A program made the position numbers and the translations under genes. From Myxococcota bacterium (lineage in GTDB: Bacteria > Myxococcota_A > Polyangia > Polyangiales > Houyiibacteriaceae): DNA of 64,000 bases. The notes under the pieces were generated by a model that ran no database searches, was not told the DNA's origin, and was given only the letters and a program-made list of their open reading frames with translations. The DNA lies in NCBI GenBank assembly GCA_039177115.1, contig JBCDFZ010000019.1, forward strand, positions 6,878 to 70,877. Direction: 5' to 3'. How positions within the stretch are numbered: the first letter of the stretch is position 1; every line of letters begins with the position of its first letter. Positions 1 to 9,554 of this stretch are shown here, one piece after another.

Positions 1-794
1 CGCAGCACCTTCTGCTCGACCTCACGTTCCAGCCGTACCGGTGTGGGGATACGCAGTAGGAGATGCACGGTTTCTTTGTCCACCATTTGGTAGGTGGTCC
101 GAGGATCGACGAGCGGTGGGTTCAACCCATGACGGCGGTAGCGAAGCGCGATCGAACGCCGCACGTCTTCGAGAAAATCCGCGCAAACGTCTCGCGCCGC
201 GGAAAGCGCTCGTTGCTCTACAGCGGCGAGATCAGTGTTACGGTCGAGCGGAATCGTCATGACGTGCAGCATGTACTGGCCCGCGAGGCTTTCGTTCAGT
301 ACTGGCGCGGTCAAGAACAGGCTGTTCGGGATGCTGATGGTTCTCCCGGTTCGTTGGTGTGCCTCGCCGACCTCGAGCACCAACGTGCTGAGCACGCCTT
401 GATCGATGACGTCGCCGCGAATGCCCTCGATGTTGATGCGGTCCCCAACGGTAAAAGCGTTGGAGCTCACGCGATAGACCGCGCCTTGAACACAGGCGAT
501 GGTCTCTTTCGTGGCCCAAACGATGGCCATGGCAAGCACGACGAACGAAACAGCGAGCGCCTGAAGCTGCTGCGCCCAGATCGCAAAGATGCCGAATAGG
601 AGGATTGCGTAGAACACCCCTCGAATCTGGGCGTTCCAGCGGAGTTGGAGCTGGTCGTCTTTCGGCAGGCGACGCCGGATGAAGCGCAGCGCGACGTGCC
701 TGAGGGCGAAGACCGAGGCGAACAGCACGATTGTAGCAATGATGTCGCTCAGTAGCTGACGGTCTTGCAGGAAATCAGAGAGGGTGGATGGCAC
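1..794 (-). CDS. mechanosensitive ion channel (MscS) family protein, C-terminal end cut by window edge
   Basis: Open minus-strand frame absent from the ORF track because it runs off the window. GTG at 792-794. My translation reads VPSTLSDFLQDRQLLSD...VLAMAIVWATKETIACVQGAVYRVSSNAFTVGDRINIEGIRGDVIDQGVLSTLVLE, the typical MscS pore-helix plus beta-domain pattern. High GC3 in this frame only. Confidence 0.75.
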   Translation of the reverse strand, partial: MPSTLSDFLQDRQLLSDIIATIVLFASVFALRHVALRFIRRRLPKDDQLQLRWNAQIRGVFYAILLFGIFAIWAQQLQALAVSFVVLAMAIVWATKETIACVQGAVYRVSSNAFTVGDRINIEGIRGDVIDQGVLSTLVLEVGEAHQRTGRTISIPNSLFLTAPVLNESLAGQYMLHVMTIPLDRNTDLAAVEQRALSAARDVCADFLEDVRRSIALRYRRHGLNPPLVDPRTTYQMVDKETVHLLLRIPTPVRLEREVEQKVL

Positions 795-936
795 GGCTCA
801 CCTACTTCGCTCGAAACGAGCGCACCCGGGGAGCGTGCCCGTCGGACGACTAAGTACGCCCAGAAAACACGAGGGTCAACTCTTGCAAACGGTCGACCGA
901 GGAGTATCACCCAGCGAGCGGCAGCCCGGAGGTTTC

Positions 937-1803
937 ATGCTCGTGGAATCAGAGTTCGACACCGTCACGCGAGGCGGTCAAACGTGGCGAGTCTGCGACT
1001 CCGGTCAAGGGCCTGCGGTGGTCATGTTTCATGGCTTCCCCGATCTCCCACACTCGTTTGCAAGCATCGCGGCTCGGCTGAACGACGCGGGCTACCGAAC
1101 CATCTTGCCGTACCTTCGCGGTTACCACCCGGACACCTTAGTCCCTGGGCGACCCTACGACGCCGTCCACCTTGCCGAAGACGCGGTTGGGCTCCTCGAC
1201 GCGCTCTCTCTCGATTCGGCGGTGTTGGTGGGTCACGACTGGGGGGCGTCCGTGGTCTGGGGAGCGGCGGCGCTAGCCCCCGAACGCGTGCGGGCAATTG
1301 TTCCCATCGGCATCCCTCACCCGAGCACGCTCAAACCCAAGAACGCCCTGCAAGCGGTCGGGGCACTCGTCCTCGCGCGCCACTTCTTGTTCTTCAAGTT
1401 GCCGTGGGCTGACAGCGCAACCCGGCGGAACGACTTTGCCTACATCGACGCGCTCTACCGAAGATGGGCTCCGCGCTGGAAAGGACCTGAGCGCGACGCG
1501 TCGGTCGCACGCTTCAAAGAGGCCGCTCTTGATCCACGCGTGCTCGAGGGCACCCTCGACTACTACCGCGCACTGTCCACGGAGATCGACCCGAGACTTG
1601 ACGGCCGCCTTCAAACAGCGGGTCTGCTCGTCGCCGGCGCACACGACTTTGGAGGGCACATCGGCCCGTACAAGAAATCCCTAGGTCGCTTCGATGGGCC
1701 GAGCGACCTGCTGGTCGTCCCGCGAACCGGTCACTGGCCCCACCGAGAGAACCAACGGATGTTCGTCGAACGCCTGATCGGGTTCCTGCGGGAACTCGAC
1801 TGA
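937..1803 (+). CDS. alpha/beta hydrolase, epoxide-hydrolase/dehalogenase-like (Asp nucleophile)
   Basis: ORF 784..1803 trimmed to ATG 937, preceded by GGAGG. Motifs HGFPD (oxyanion) and GHDWG (nucleophile elbow with Asp). Confidence 0.85.
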   Translation: MLVESEFDTVTRGGQTWRVCDSGQGPAVVMFHGFPDLPHSFASIAARLNDAGYRTILPYLRGYHPDTLVPGRPYDAVHLAEDAVGLLDALSLDSAVLVGHDWGASVVWGAAALAPERVRAIVPIGIPHPSTLKPKNALQAVGALVLARHFLFFKLPWADSATRRNDFAYIDALYRRWAPRWKGPERDASVARFKEAALDPRVLEGTLDYYRALSTEIDPRLDGRLQTAGLLVAGAHDFGGHIGPYKKSLGRFDGPSDLLVVPRTGHWPHRENQRMFVERLIGFLRELD

Positions 1804-1836
1804 GGTTTCTTGCGATTCGGGGGTTGACGATTTTAG

Positions 1837-1866
1837 TTGACAGCTGCAACTATTTGGTTGCATACT
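1837..1866 (+). promoter_or_regulatory. candidate sigma-70 promoter (TTGACA 1837-1842, CATACT 1861-1866) overlapping inverted repeat TGCAAC-N6-GTTGCA (1845-1862) upstream of arsM
   Basis: Read directly from the sequence. The perfect 6-6-6 inverted repeat lies between the -35 and -10 elements, 24 nt upstream of the arsM ATG. Confidence 0.4.
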
Positions 1867-1885
1867 TCAACCATTGGAGAAAACC

Positions 1886-2725
1886 ATGGACCAAAAACAA
1901 GTTCACGAGATCGTCAAAGAAGGATACGGGGAGGTCGCCAAGCAGGGGACCGGGTGTTGCGGCCCAAGCGCATCCGTAGAGAACGCGGCGTGCACCGTAC
2001 CGACGGCCCACGAAGACACCGCGGCGCAGATCGGCTACTCCAAAGAGGACATTCAGGGACCTGCGGCGGAAGGAAATCTAGGCCTCGGGTGCGGCAACCC
2101 GACGGCTCTAGCGAGTCTGCAGCCAGGGGAGGTCGTTGTTGATCTTGGCTCCGGTGCTGGCTTCGACGCCCTGCTTTCAGCCCCGAAGCTCGGACCAGAA
2201 GGTCGCTTCATTGGAGTCGACATGACGCCAGAGATGCTCGAACGAGCCAGAACCAACGCGGTGAACGCGGGCTACGCGCGAACCGTGGAGTTCAGAGAGG
2301 GTCTGATCGAGAACCTCCCGGTCGCGTCGTCCTCGGTGGACGTGGTGATCTCGAACTGTGTGATCAACTTGAGCCCCGACAAGGCCCAGGTTTTCCGAGA
2401 AGCACATCGCATTCTGAAGCCCGGTGGGCGACTCGCTGTGAGCGACATCGTCCTGAGCGAGGCGCTCCCCGAGAACATCGCAGAGCTGGCTCCGACGTGG
2501 ATCGCGTGCGTCGGTGGAGCGCTCACGGAGGAGCAGTACCTCGGCCACGTTCGTGACGCGGGATTCGAGCAGGTCGACTTCACGCGGACGCCCGCACGAG
2601 GCCTCATCACGGCCGGGCTCCAAGACCCCATGTGGAAGTCCGCGGTTGCGCTGATTGGTGAAGACCGCATCGAAGCGATTGCAGATACCGTTTTCAGCTA
2701 CTCGATCACGGCCTTCAAGGCATGA
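1886..2725 (+). CDS. arsM: arsenite S-adenosylmethionine methyltransferase
   Basis: ORF 1874..2725; ATG 1886 follows GGAGAAAACC. SAM motif VVDLGSGAGFD. ArsM-type conserved cysteines are present (GTGCCGP, SNCVINLSPDK, WIACVGGA). Confidence 0.9.
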   Translation: MDQKQVHEIVKEGYGEVAKQGTGCCGPSASVENAACTVPTAHEDTAAQIGYSKEDIQGPAAEGNLGLGCGNPTALASLQPGEVVVDLGSGAGFDALLSAPKLGPEGRFIGVDMTPEMLERARTNAVNAGYARTVEFREGLIENLPVASSSVDVVISNCVINLSPDKAQVFREAHRILKPGGRLAVSDIVLSEALPENIAELAPTWIACVGGALTEEQYLGHVRDAGFEQVDFTRTPARGLITAGLQDPMWKSAVALIGEDRIEAIADTVFSYSITAFKA

Positions 2726-3156
2726 GCGAGGTATTCAACGACGTGGTCGCGTTCTGCCGCCTCTTCGCCATGTTCGAGCGAGAGCAGGTGTGCTGCGGGA
2801 CTGTCACCCCGGCCCAGTGTGTGCTTCTGCAGACGCTACGGTCGGGGTCGTGGGACGTTTCGAGCCTCGCCGCGCAGACGCGAGTCACGAAGGGCGCCAT
2901 GACTCGTCTCGTCGACGGGCTCGAAACGCGCGGGCTCGTTGAGCGTGTGCAGAGTGAGGAAGACGCCCGTCGGTTCGCGATCCGATTGACGCAGGAGGGC
3001 GAACGAGAGGCCAAGCGCCTCGCCGCGCTGACGGAACAGAGCATCAAGTTGATCCTCGACCGGATCCCGAAGCGCAAACGATCCCAGGTGATCGAGAGCC
3101 TCGGCCTGCTGAGACACGCGGCCGAGGAGACCCGAAGCGCCCTCCCCTGCTGCTGA
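2722..3156 (+). CDS. MarR family transcriptional regulator, Cys-rich (CC pairs near both termini)
   Basis: ATGA start/stop overlap with arsM. Winged-HTH pattern SSLAAQTRVTKGAMTRLVDGLETRGLVERVQSEEDARRFAIRLTQEG. Cysteines at positions 12, 24, 25, 33, 143 and 144. Confidence 0.85.
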   Translation: MSEVFNDVVAFCRLFAMFEREQVCCGTVTPAQCVLLQTLRSGSWDVSSLAAQTRVTKGAMTRLVDGLETRGLVERVQSEEDARRFAIRLTQEGEREAKRLAALTEQSIKLILDRIPKRKRSQVIESLGLLRHAAEETRSALPCC

Positions 3157-3172
3157 CCTTTGTACGACGGAC

Positions 3173-4801
3173 CTAGCTCGCGACGACGTCGAGCTCGCCC
3201 TCAGCATGTTGACGACGAAGAACCTTCTTGTCGAACTTACCCACACTCGTCTTGGGGATCTCGTCGATGAATGCCCAGCGCTCGGGGAGCCACCACTTGG
3301 CGACCTTGTCGGTGAGATAGTCGCGGAGCTCCTCGATCGAGACGGCGCTGCCTTCCTTTCGGACGATGCACGCAAGGGGCCGCTCGTCCCACTTCTCGTC
3401 AGGAACCCCCACGACGGCCGCCTCGGCAACCTCAGGATGTGCGATTAGCGTGTTCTCGAGCTCGACCGACGAGATCCACTCGCCCCCCGACTTGATGACG
3501 TCTTTCGCACGATCGGTGATCTGCGCGTAGCCGCGTTCGTCGATGAACCCAACGTCGCCCGTCCTGAGCCATCCGTCGTGGAACTTTTCTTTCGCGTCCA
3601 CGCCGTAGTAGCTGCCCGTCACCCACGGGCCTCGCGCCTCGATCTCGCCGACCGACTCCCCGTCCCACGGGAGCGGTGTACCGTCCTCGCCGACGATTCG
3701 GAGCTCGACCCCAGCAACCGGGCGGCCTGTGCGCGCTCGGAGCGCCCAGGCTTCGTCGCCCTCTACGCCCGGTGGGGGCTTTGCAAGCGTCCCGAGCGGA
3801 CTCGTCTCCGTCATCCCCCATAGCTGTAAGATGGTGACGCCATAGCGTTCTTCGAAAGACTTCATGAGTGAAACCGGGACCGCCGAACCCCCGCAGATCA
3901 CGAGACGAAACGACGAAAGGTCAACGTCGTGCGTGTCGCCGTAGTTGAGCACGCCGGTCCAAATGCTCGGCACCGCACCTGCAAACGTGGGCCGGTGCTC
4001 TTCGATCATTTTGACGAGCGGCTCAGGCTGGAGAAACCGCGTGGGCTGAAGCAAGTCGGCTCCCACCCACCAGGCGGCATATGGCAGACCCCAGCAGTTG
4101 GCGTGAAACATCGGAACGATGGTCAGGATCGTGTCGCGGTCGTTGAGTCCCGTCACCGCTCCCGACGTGATGCCGTAAGAATGAAGCACGGTGGAACGAT
4201 GGCTGTAGACCACACCCTTCGGGTCGCCGGTCGTCCCACTGGTGTATGCCATCGACGCGGGCGCCCGCTCGTCGAGCTCTGGCCAGTCGAACGTAGTAGG
4301 ATGGCCGGCGAGCAAATCGTCGTAGCGATGGAACTGAGCGTTCGGCGCCTCACGGAGCGGTGAGTCGTCGCCCGATCCGACGACGACGATGTGCTCGACG
4401 GTCGCCATGTCCTTGGCGACGGCCCCGAGGAGCGGCACGAGGCTGTCGTCGACGAGGATCACCTTGTCCTGAGCATGTTTAATGATGAACCCGAGCTGCT
4501 CGGGGAACAGTCGAATGTTGAGCGTGTGCATGACCGCGCCCATCGACGAGATCGCAAAATAGGCTTCGACGTGTTCTTGGCTATTCCAGCAGAAGGTCGC
4601 GACGCGATCCTCTCGATTGACGCCCAGGTCGGTGAGAGCGTGAGCGAGCTGGCAGGTGCGATCGCCCGCGGCCGCGTACGTGGCGATTCGGTCGTCGCCC
4701 TCCTCTACCGTGATGATTCGGCTATCACGGTACAGCTTCCTTCCGTGCTCGAAAAGGTCCGAGATGAGCAGCGGTCGGTCCATCATCGTGGAAAAGCTCA
4801 C
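3173..4801 (-). CDS. long-chain fatty acid-CoA ligase / AMP-dependent synthetase
   Basis: 542-aa ORF. AMP-binding motifs [19 protein letters not shown] and [10 protein letters not shown]. Confidence 0.9.
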   Translation of the reverse strand: MSFSTMMDRPLLISDLFEHGRKLYRDSRIITVEEGDDRIATYAAAGDRTCQLAHALTDLGVNREDRVATFCWNSQEHVEAYFAISSMGAVMHTLNIRLFPEQLGFIIKHAQDKVILVDDSLVPLLGAVAKDMATVEHIVVVGSGDDSPLREAPNAQFHRYDDLLAGHPTTFDWPELDERAPASMAYTSGTTGDPKGVVYSHRSTVLHSYGITSGAVTGLNDRDTILTIVPMFHANCWGLPYAAWWVGADLLQPTRFLQPEPLVKMIEEHRPTFAGAVPSIWTGVLNYGDTHDVDLSSFRLVICGGSAVPVSLMKSFEERYGVTILQLWGMTETSPLGTLAKPPPGVEGDEAWALRARTGRPVAGVELRIVGEDGTPLPWDGESVGEIEARGPWVTGSYYGVDAKEKFHDGWLRTGDVGFIDERGYAQITDRAKDVIKSGGEWISSVELENTLIAHPEVAEAAVVGVPDEKWDERPLACIVRKEGSAVSIEELRDYLTDKVAKWWLPERWAFIDEIPKTSVGKFDKKVLRRQHAEGELDVVAS

Positions 4802-4825
4802 GGGTCACTCCTGATGCTGGGGACT

Positions 4826-5476
4826 TCAGTCGGCTTGAAAACCGGCATCCTTATGCGCGCCGTCGCAGAACGGCTTGTTCTTCGACTGACCGCATCGACA
4901 CAGGGCCGCTTTGGTCCCGGACCAAGCCACTCGGCCGCTCGATGCGACGATCGTGAAGTTGCCGTTGAGGAGAAGCGGCCCATCTTTGGCGCGGCTCACT
5001 TTGAGCGCTCCCCCGGTCGCTTCGAGTCCGTGTCCCGACTGACCCACGGCTCCGTAGTCGGTGAAGGAACCCTCCGCATGGCTGTTGTCGCAAAACGGCT
5101 TGTTCTTTGACAGGCCGCATCGGCAAAGCGCTGCGCGAAACTTCACACCGTCCATATCGTCTGCGGCGCCGTCGACCTCGAGGTCGCCCCGAACGAAGAG
5201 CGGTCCGTTATAGATGACGCGCACTTCGTTTTCTTCCGCGGCACTCTCCGCCGGGCCGCCGTCCTTACGGATGTAGGTCAGGGCTCCCGTCGGGCATCGA
5301 TGGACTACCTCGACCACCTCGTCGAGGCTCACGTCGTCAGGGCGGCACCAGGGTTTGCGACCGCCAACGAACAGGTTGTTGTCGGCTCGTCCGCATTCTC
5401 CGACGTGGATGCAGAGTCGCTCGTCCCATTCGACGTCTGTCTCCTCGCCGTCGAACTTGATCTTTCTGTCGCCCAT
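4826..5476 (-). CDS. CDGSH iron-sulfur domain protein (two CDGSH motifs) with N-terminal Cys-cluster domain
   Basis: ORF 4826..5503 trimmed to ATG 5474-5476. Two motifs are present: CRCGLSKNKPFCDNSH and CRCGQSKNKPFCDGAH. The N-terminus carries CIHVGECG...WCRP...HRCPTGAL. Confidence 0.85.
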   Translation of the reverse strand: MGDRKIKFDGEETDVEWDERLCIHVGECGRADNNLFVGGRKPWCRPDDVSLDEVVEVVHRCPTGALTYIRKDGGPAESAAEENEVRVIYNGPLFVRGDLEVDGAADDMDGVKFRAALCRCGLSKNKPFCDNSHAEGSFTDYGAVGQSGHGLEATGGALKVSRAKDGPLLLNGNFTIVASSGRVAWSGTKAALCRCGQSKNKPFCDGAHKDAGFQAD

Positions 5477-5581
5477 GCCGGCCGTCCTCCTCCGTCGCTG
5501 CACACCGAAGAGGGTGTTTTACTACAGCGCCCCGAAAAGCTCTATAGGCTTGGCACGCGCGCCGCCCGCAACGCGGAACCT

Positions 5582-5791
5582 CTAATCGGAGGGAAGCGCA
5601 CCCGCCGCACAACTCGGACAGATGCAAACTAGGCCCTGGGCTTCGACGGGAATCCGCGCAAGCGCGTCGGGATCCATCGTGGCCGTCATACACCAGCAGG
5701 TGGATGGGTCCTGTCCTGCCGCCACGGCGCACTGATTAGGCTCCGCGCAGAGCGGGCATCGGGTGGTGTCCAGGTCAGTCTGCGCCGTCAC
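5582..5791 (-). CDS. cysteine-rich CWC family small protein
   Basis: 3' part of ORF 5582..6139. GTG at 5789-5791 overlaps the upstream gene's stop (GTGA). Sequence TRCPLCAEPNQCAV...STCWCMTA...CICPSCA. Confidence 0.65.
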   Translation of the reverse strand: MTAQTDLDTTRCPLCAEPNQCAVAAGQDPSTCWCMTATMDPDALARIPVEAQGLVCICPSCAAGALPSD

Positions 5792-6429
5792 TTGATCTCT
5801 CCGATGCGTTCGAGCTCCTCGTACTGCTCGCGATAAAGCTCTTCGATGTACGCGTTCATCTCGTTGAGTCGAAGAAGCTGCGTCTGCGGGCTCGCTTCCT
5901 GCTCGTTGGCATCGCAGAGCTTGGCAAGCTCGTCGACGGCGGCAAGCGACGTCCTTGCGCGCGTGGTGGAAATCGCCAGCAGCGTCGTCATCGCCAGTGC
6001 CGGAAGCGCAACCATGAGGAAACGCGCCCACACCCCCTGGGGAGTGCGGCGAATCATCCACGGGGATAGCAACAGGAGCACGAGCGCGGCAAAGCTCGAT
6101 AGAATCCAGGGCCCGTGCCGATACCAAACGTGCTTCCACGCCGCGACCTTGTCTTCCGCGCGCGCCTTCTCACACGGGTCTGACTTCTTGAGATACTGGA
6201 TCTCCTTGACGACGGCGCCGGAAAGCTCTTCGGCCAACTCCGGGTTCAGGCTGACCTCGGAAAGATCGACCGCTCGCGCCTTCGATCGTTTGTTGGGCGG
6301 GATCAGCGAGAAACGGTTGACGTAGACCGTTCTCCCCGATTCTCCCACGTACGAATAGAACACGGGCGCCGTGTCCGCCGAAGCGACTGCGGCGAAGACG
6401 AGAACTACGACGAAGAAAACGATTCGCAT
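5788..6429 (-). CDS. hypothetical membrane protein with signal peptide, DUF4124-like N-terminus, two TM helices and a coiled-coil tail
   Basis: ORF 5788..6813 trimmed to ATG 6427-6429 (MRIVFFVVVLVFAAVASA). YSYVGESGRTVYVNRFSLIPP resembles the DUF4124 motif. The upstream part of the long ORF overlaps nhaA and looks like a shadow frame. Confidence 0.7.
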   Translation of the reverse strand: MRIVFFVVVLVFAAVASADTAPVFYSYVGESGRTVYVNRFSLIPPNKRSKARAVDLSEVSLNPELAEELSGAVVKEIQYLKKSDPCEKARAEDKVAAWKHVWYRHGPWILSSFAALVLLLLSPWMIRRTPQGVWARFLMVALPALAMTTLLAISTTRARTSLAAVDELAKLCDANEQEASPQTQLLRLNEMNAYIEELYREQYEELERIGEIK

Positions 6430-6443
6430 GGGGCTCCGGACGG

Positions 6444-7760
6444 CTATCGGGTCACGCGCGTCAGGACGAAGAGGCCAGCGCAAGCGCTGAGGAACGAGCC
6501 TATGATGATACCGATCTTCGCCTCGACCAAGAGATCGCCGCTCAGGCCCAAGGAGGCAATGAAGAGGGCCATGGTGAACCCGATTCCGCCGAGGAGCGCC
6601 GCTCCGCCGAGTATCGACCAGCTCACACCCTCGGGTCGTGCAGCCCAGCCGAGCTTCTCGGTGACCCAGGCGGCAGCGAAAATTCCGAGCCCTTTTCCGA
6701 CGAAGAGACCCGCAGCGACCGCAATGGCCACGGGCGTGGTGATCATCGCGACGTCGATTTCGACCCCGGCGTTGGCCAGCGCGAACACGGGCATGATGAA
6801 GAACCCGACCCAAGGATGAAGGCCGGTCTCGAGGCGAAACAACGGGGAGACTGCCTCACGAGAGGCGAAGGAGAGGTCGGCAACGATGGCGCGTGCTCGG
6901 TCGAGCGTGGTTTCTTCGGCACGGAGAGTCTCGTCGGTGTGGCGCAAGAAGCCCATGAACTTCTGCCCCCCGAGCCAGGGGTTCGCAGGCGTGAGAAGGC
7001 CGAGCACCACACCTGCAATCGTTGGATGAACTCCGGATTTGAGCGTGCAGAGCCAAACCCAGACCCCGCCAAGGAAGTAGATGCCAATCGAACGCACGCC
7101 GAGTCGGTTCATGGCCACCACGAGGACGAGGCCAACCAATGCCCCGCCGAGCCACGTGGTGCTGATGGAGGACGTGTAAAAGATCGCGATGACGAGTACC
7201 GCCATGAGGTCGTCCACGATGGCCAGGGACAGCATGAGCACTTTGAGCCCGTGAGGAATCCGTGTGCCGAGGAGAGACATGCAGCCCACGACGAACGCGA
7301 TGTCGGTAGCCATCGGTACCGCCCAACCGGACTGGCCCGGTTTCCCGTACTGGAACGCAAGATAGATCCCGACGGGAACGACGACGCCACCAATGGCCGC
7401 CGCGACAGGCAGCACCACCTTCTTGGGATCGCTCAGCTCGCCGATGACGAGCTCACGTTTGATCTCGAGGCCGATGACGAAGAAGAACACCACCATCAGT
7501 CCGTCGTTGATCCAGTGCGAGAGCGGGTAAGACAGCTCGAAGTCGCTGATCGCAACACGCACGTTCTGGTGCCAGAAGTGGTCGTACGCCTCGGCGTAGG
7601 GCGAGTTTGCTGCGATCAGCGCAATGGCCGTACAGATGAGCAGAAACACACCGCTTGCCGATTCGACGTGAAGAAACGATGCGAACGGCCGCTGGAGCCT
7701 CTGTATGGGTCGGTCCGGAAGGTGCGTAATTCGGGAGTACGACAGATTCGGATCGTCCAT
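6444..7760 (-). CDS. nhaA: Na+/H+ antiporter NhaA
   Basis: ORF 6444..7943 trimmed to ATG 7758-7760 (MDDPN). NhaA signature WINDGLMVVFFFVIGLEIKRE, with 11-12 predicted TM segments. Confidence 0.9.
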   Translation of the reverse strand: MDDPNLSYSRITHLPDRPIQRLQRPFASFLHVESASGVFLLICTAIALIAANSPYAEAYDHFWHQNVRVAISDFELSYPLSHWINDGLMVVFFFVIGLEIKRELVIGELSDPKKVVLPVAAAIGGVVVPVGIYLAFQYGKPGQSGWAVPMATDIAFVVGCMSLLGTRIPHGLKVLMLSLAIVDDLMAVLVIAIFYTSSISTTWLGGALVGLVLVVAMNRLGVRSIGIYFLGGVWVWLCTLKSGVHPTIAGVVLGLLTPANPWLGGQKFMGFLRHTDETLRAEETTLDRARAIVADLSFASREAVSPLFRLETGLHPWVGFFIMPVFALANAGVEIDVAMITTPVAIAVAAGLFVGKGLGIFAAAWVTEKLGWAARPEGVSWSILGGAALLGGIGFTMALFIASLGLSGDLLVEAKIGIIIGSFLSACAGLFVLTRVTR

Positions 7761-7803
7761 TGGGGTCCGGCTTATCTCGGAACGTGCTAGAACGCCAGAG
7801 CGC

Positions 7804-9087
7804 ATGTGGTTGAGTGAACCGACGATCGGGTGGCTGTTCCTCGGTGTGAGTCTCGTCGGCGCCGTGTTCACGCTGAACGCCTTCGTTCCCGTGCGAAAAA
7901 TCCCCGTCCTGTTCGTGCCGAGCTTCTTCGGCTCGTGGCTCACGACCGAGCTCGCGCTGCATCACATCGTCTGGCAGGCGATCGCCACGGCGGTGTTCCT
8001 GAAGATCGGCGCGCTCGCCACCTGGCCTGGCCGCGTGGGTCTCGGCATCACGCTCGTGTCGTGGCTCGGGCTCTACGTGCTTTTTCGAGACGGACGTCGC
8101 GCACGCAACACCTTCGAACAGCAGCTCGGGGCGCTCCCCGAGCCCGAAAACCCCGTCCGCGTTCCCGGGCTGCAGCTCGCGCTTCCCTTCCTTTTCAAGC
8201 GCAAGGGCGTTCGAGTCCTGACGAACGTGGTGTTCCGACGTGTCGCGGGGCGCGACCTCAAGCTCGACGTCGCCATGCCGCGGGGCGAGGGCCTAGGCCG
8301 CCCCGCCATCATGCAGATTCACGGCGGCGGCTGGGTCATCGGCGACAAACGGGAACAGGGATGGCCGCTCATCGGACACCTCGCAGCCAACGGGTGGGTG
8401 TGCTTCAACGTCAACTATCGACTCAGCCCCGGCGCCACTTGGCCCGATCACATCGAGGACCTGAAGTACGCGCTGATGTGGATCCGTGAACACGCGGAAG
8501 AGTATGGGGTCGACCCGAGCTTCATCGCCTGCACGGGAGGCTCGGCCGGCGGTCATCTTGCGGCGATGATGGGCCTCACTGCCAACGACCCGGAGTACCA
8601 GCACGGATTCGAAGACGCCGACACCAGCGTCCAAGCTGCGATCCCAATCTACGGCGTTTTCGACTTCACCAACCGCTTGGACACGGCCGACCCGGTCTTT
8701 CGCAAGACGATGCTCGAGCCCTGGATCATGAAGTCGTTCTTCGAGGAATCTCGTGCGGCCTACGAGCGGGCCTCGCCCATGGATCGCGTTCACGAAGCCG
8801 CGCCGCCCTTTCTCGTCGTGCACGGCGATCGCGACACGCTCGCGCCGGTGGAAGACGCGCGCTACTTCTACGAGGCGCTACGACGGACGTCACGCTCCCC
8901 GACGTTCTACGCCGAACTCCACGGGGCGCAGCACGCCTTCGACCTTTTCGCCTCTCCCCGAACGGCCAGGCTAGCCGAGGCCGTTCTGAAGTTCCTTAGC
9001 GCGATGAGGGAAGACGCCAGGAGAGCGGCCCAGGTGGAGGAAGAGCGGCCGCTCTCCCAGACGTCTAGAGCGTTAGTTTCACTTTGA
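7804..9087 (+). CDS. membrane-anchored alpha/beta hydrolase (HSL-type esterase/lipase)
   Basis: ORF 7705..9087 trimmed to ATG 7804. N-terminal TM helices are followed by the HGGGW oxyanion motif and the GGSAGG nucleophile elbow. Confidence 0.85.
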   Translation: MWLSEPTIGWLFLGVSLVGAVFTLNAFVPVRKIPVLFVPSFFGSWLTTELALHHIVWQAIATAVFLKIGALATWPGRVGLGITLVSWLGLYVLFRDGRRARNTFEQQLGALPEPENPVRVPGLQLALPFLFKRKGVRVLTNVVFRRVAGRDLKLDVAMPRGEGLGRPAIMQIHGGGWVIGDKREQGWPLIGHLAANGWVCFNVNYRLSPGATWPDHIEDLKYALMWIREHAEEYGVDPSFIACTGGSAGGHLAAMMGLTANDPEYQHGFEDADTSVQAAIPIYGVFDFTNRLDTADPVFRKTMLEPWIMKSFFEESRAAYERASPMDRVHEAAPPFLVVHGDRDTLAPVEDARYFYEALRRTSRSPTFYAELHGAQHAFDLFASPRTARLAEAVLKFLSAMREDARRAAQVEEERPLSQTSRALVSL

Positions 9088-9514
9088 TGGTCGAGGCCTT
9101 GCCGCTGTACTTGAACTGAGTGGCTTCGAACTTCGGCGGCCCGAAACGTTCGGCAGGAACGTTGTTGGACACGGCCCATGGTTCTTGGGGTCGGCCAACG
9201 AAGTTCGAGTCGAGCTCTCCGTCAGCGTCTACGTCATGCATGACCGAGACGGCGTAGGTTCCCGGTTTCACGTTCTTGAAAACACAGGTGGCTTTCTTGT
9301 CCTTCGGCTTGAGCGTCACTCGTTCGAGCGCCTTCTCGGTGTCGCTCGGGAAACCATCTTCTTTCGTCCAGAGTGAGCAGCCGATGTTGCCCTTGTCGTT
9401 TTCGATGTTTTCAACCTCGACCTTGAGCACGCCGTCGCCTTCGGCGGCGAACGCCGGAGAACCGAGTACGAGGATCGCGCCAAGTATGGCCAGCATCAGA
9501 GTTCGTTGAGTCAT
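9065..9514 (-). CDS. DUF2141 domain-containing periplasmic protein (paralog 1)
   Basis: ORF 9065..9577 trimmed to ATG 9512-9514. Signal peptide MTQRTLMLAILGAILVLGSPAFA. Motifs GNIGCSLW..GFP and GRPQEPWAVSNN..ERFGPPKF. Sits 40 nt downstream of the TolC-like gene on the same strand. Confidence 0.85.
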   Translation of the reverse strand: MTQRTLMLAILGAILVLGSPAFAAEGDGVLKVEVENIENDKGNIGCSLWTKEDGFPSDTEKALERVTLKPKDKKATCVFKNVKPGTYAVSVMHDVDADGELDSNFVGRPQEPWAVSNNVPAERFGPPKFEATQFKYSGKASTIKVKLTL

Positions 9515-9554
9515 GGTTTGGTCCTTTCTCGAGAGATACGGAGGGCGACCGCGG

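Noticed and set aside
5551-5565. TGGCACG-CGCG-CCGC, a sigma-54-like -24 element upstream of nothing on the plus strand.
   Set aside because: The -12 part (CCGC) does not match TTGC, and there is no downstream plus-strand gene. It is probably a chance match.
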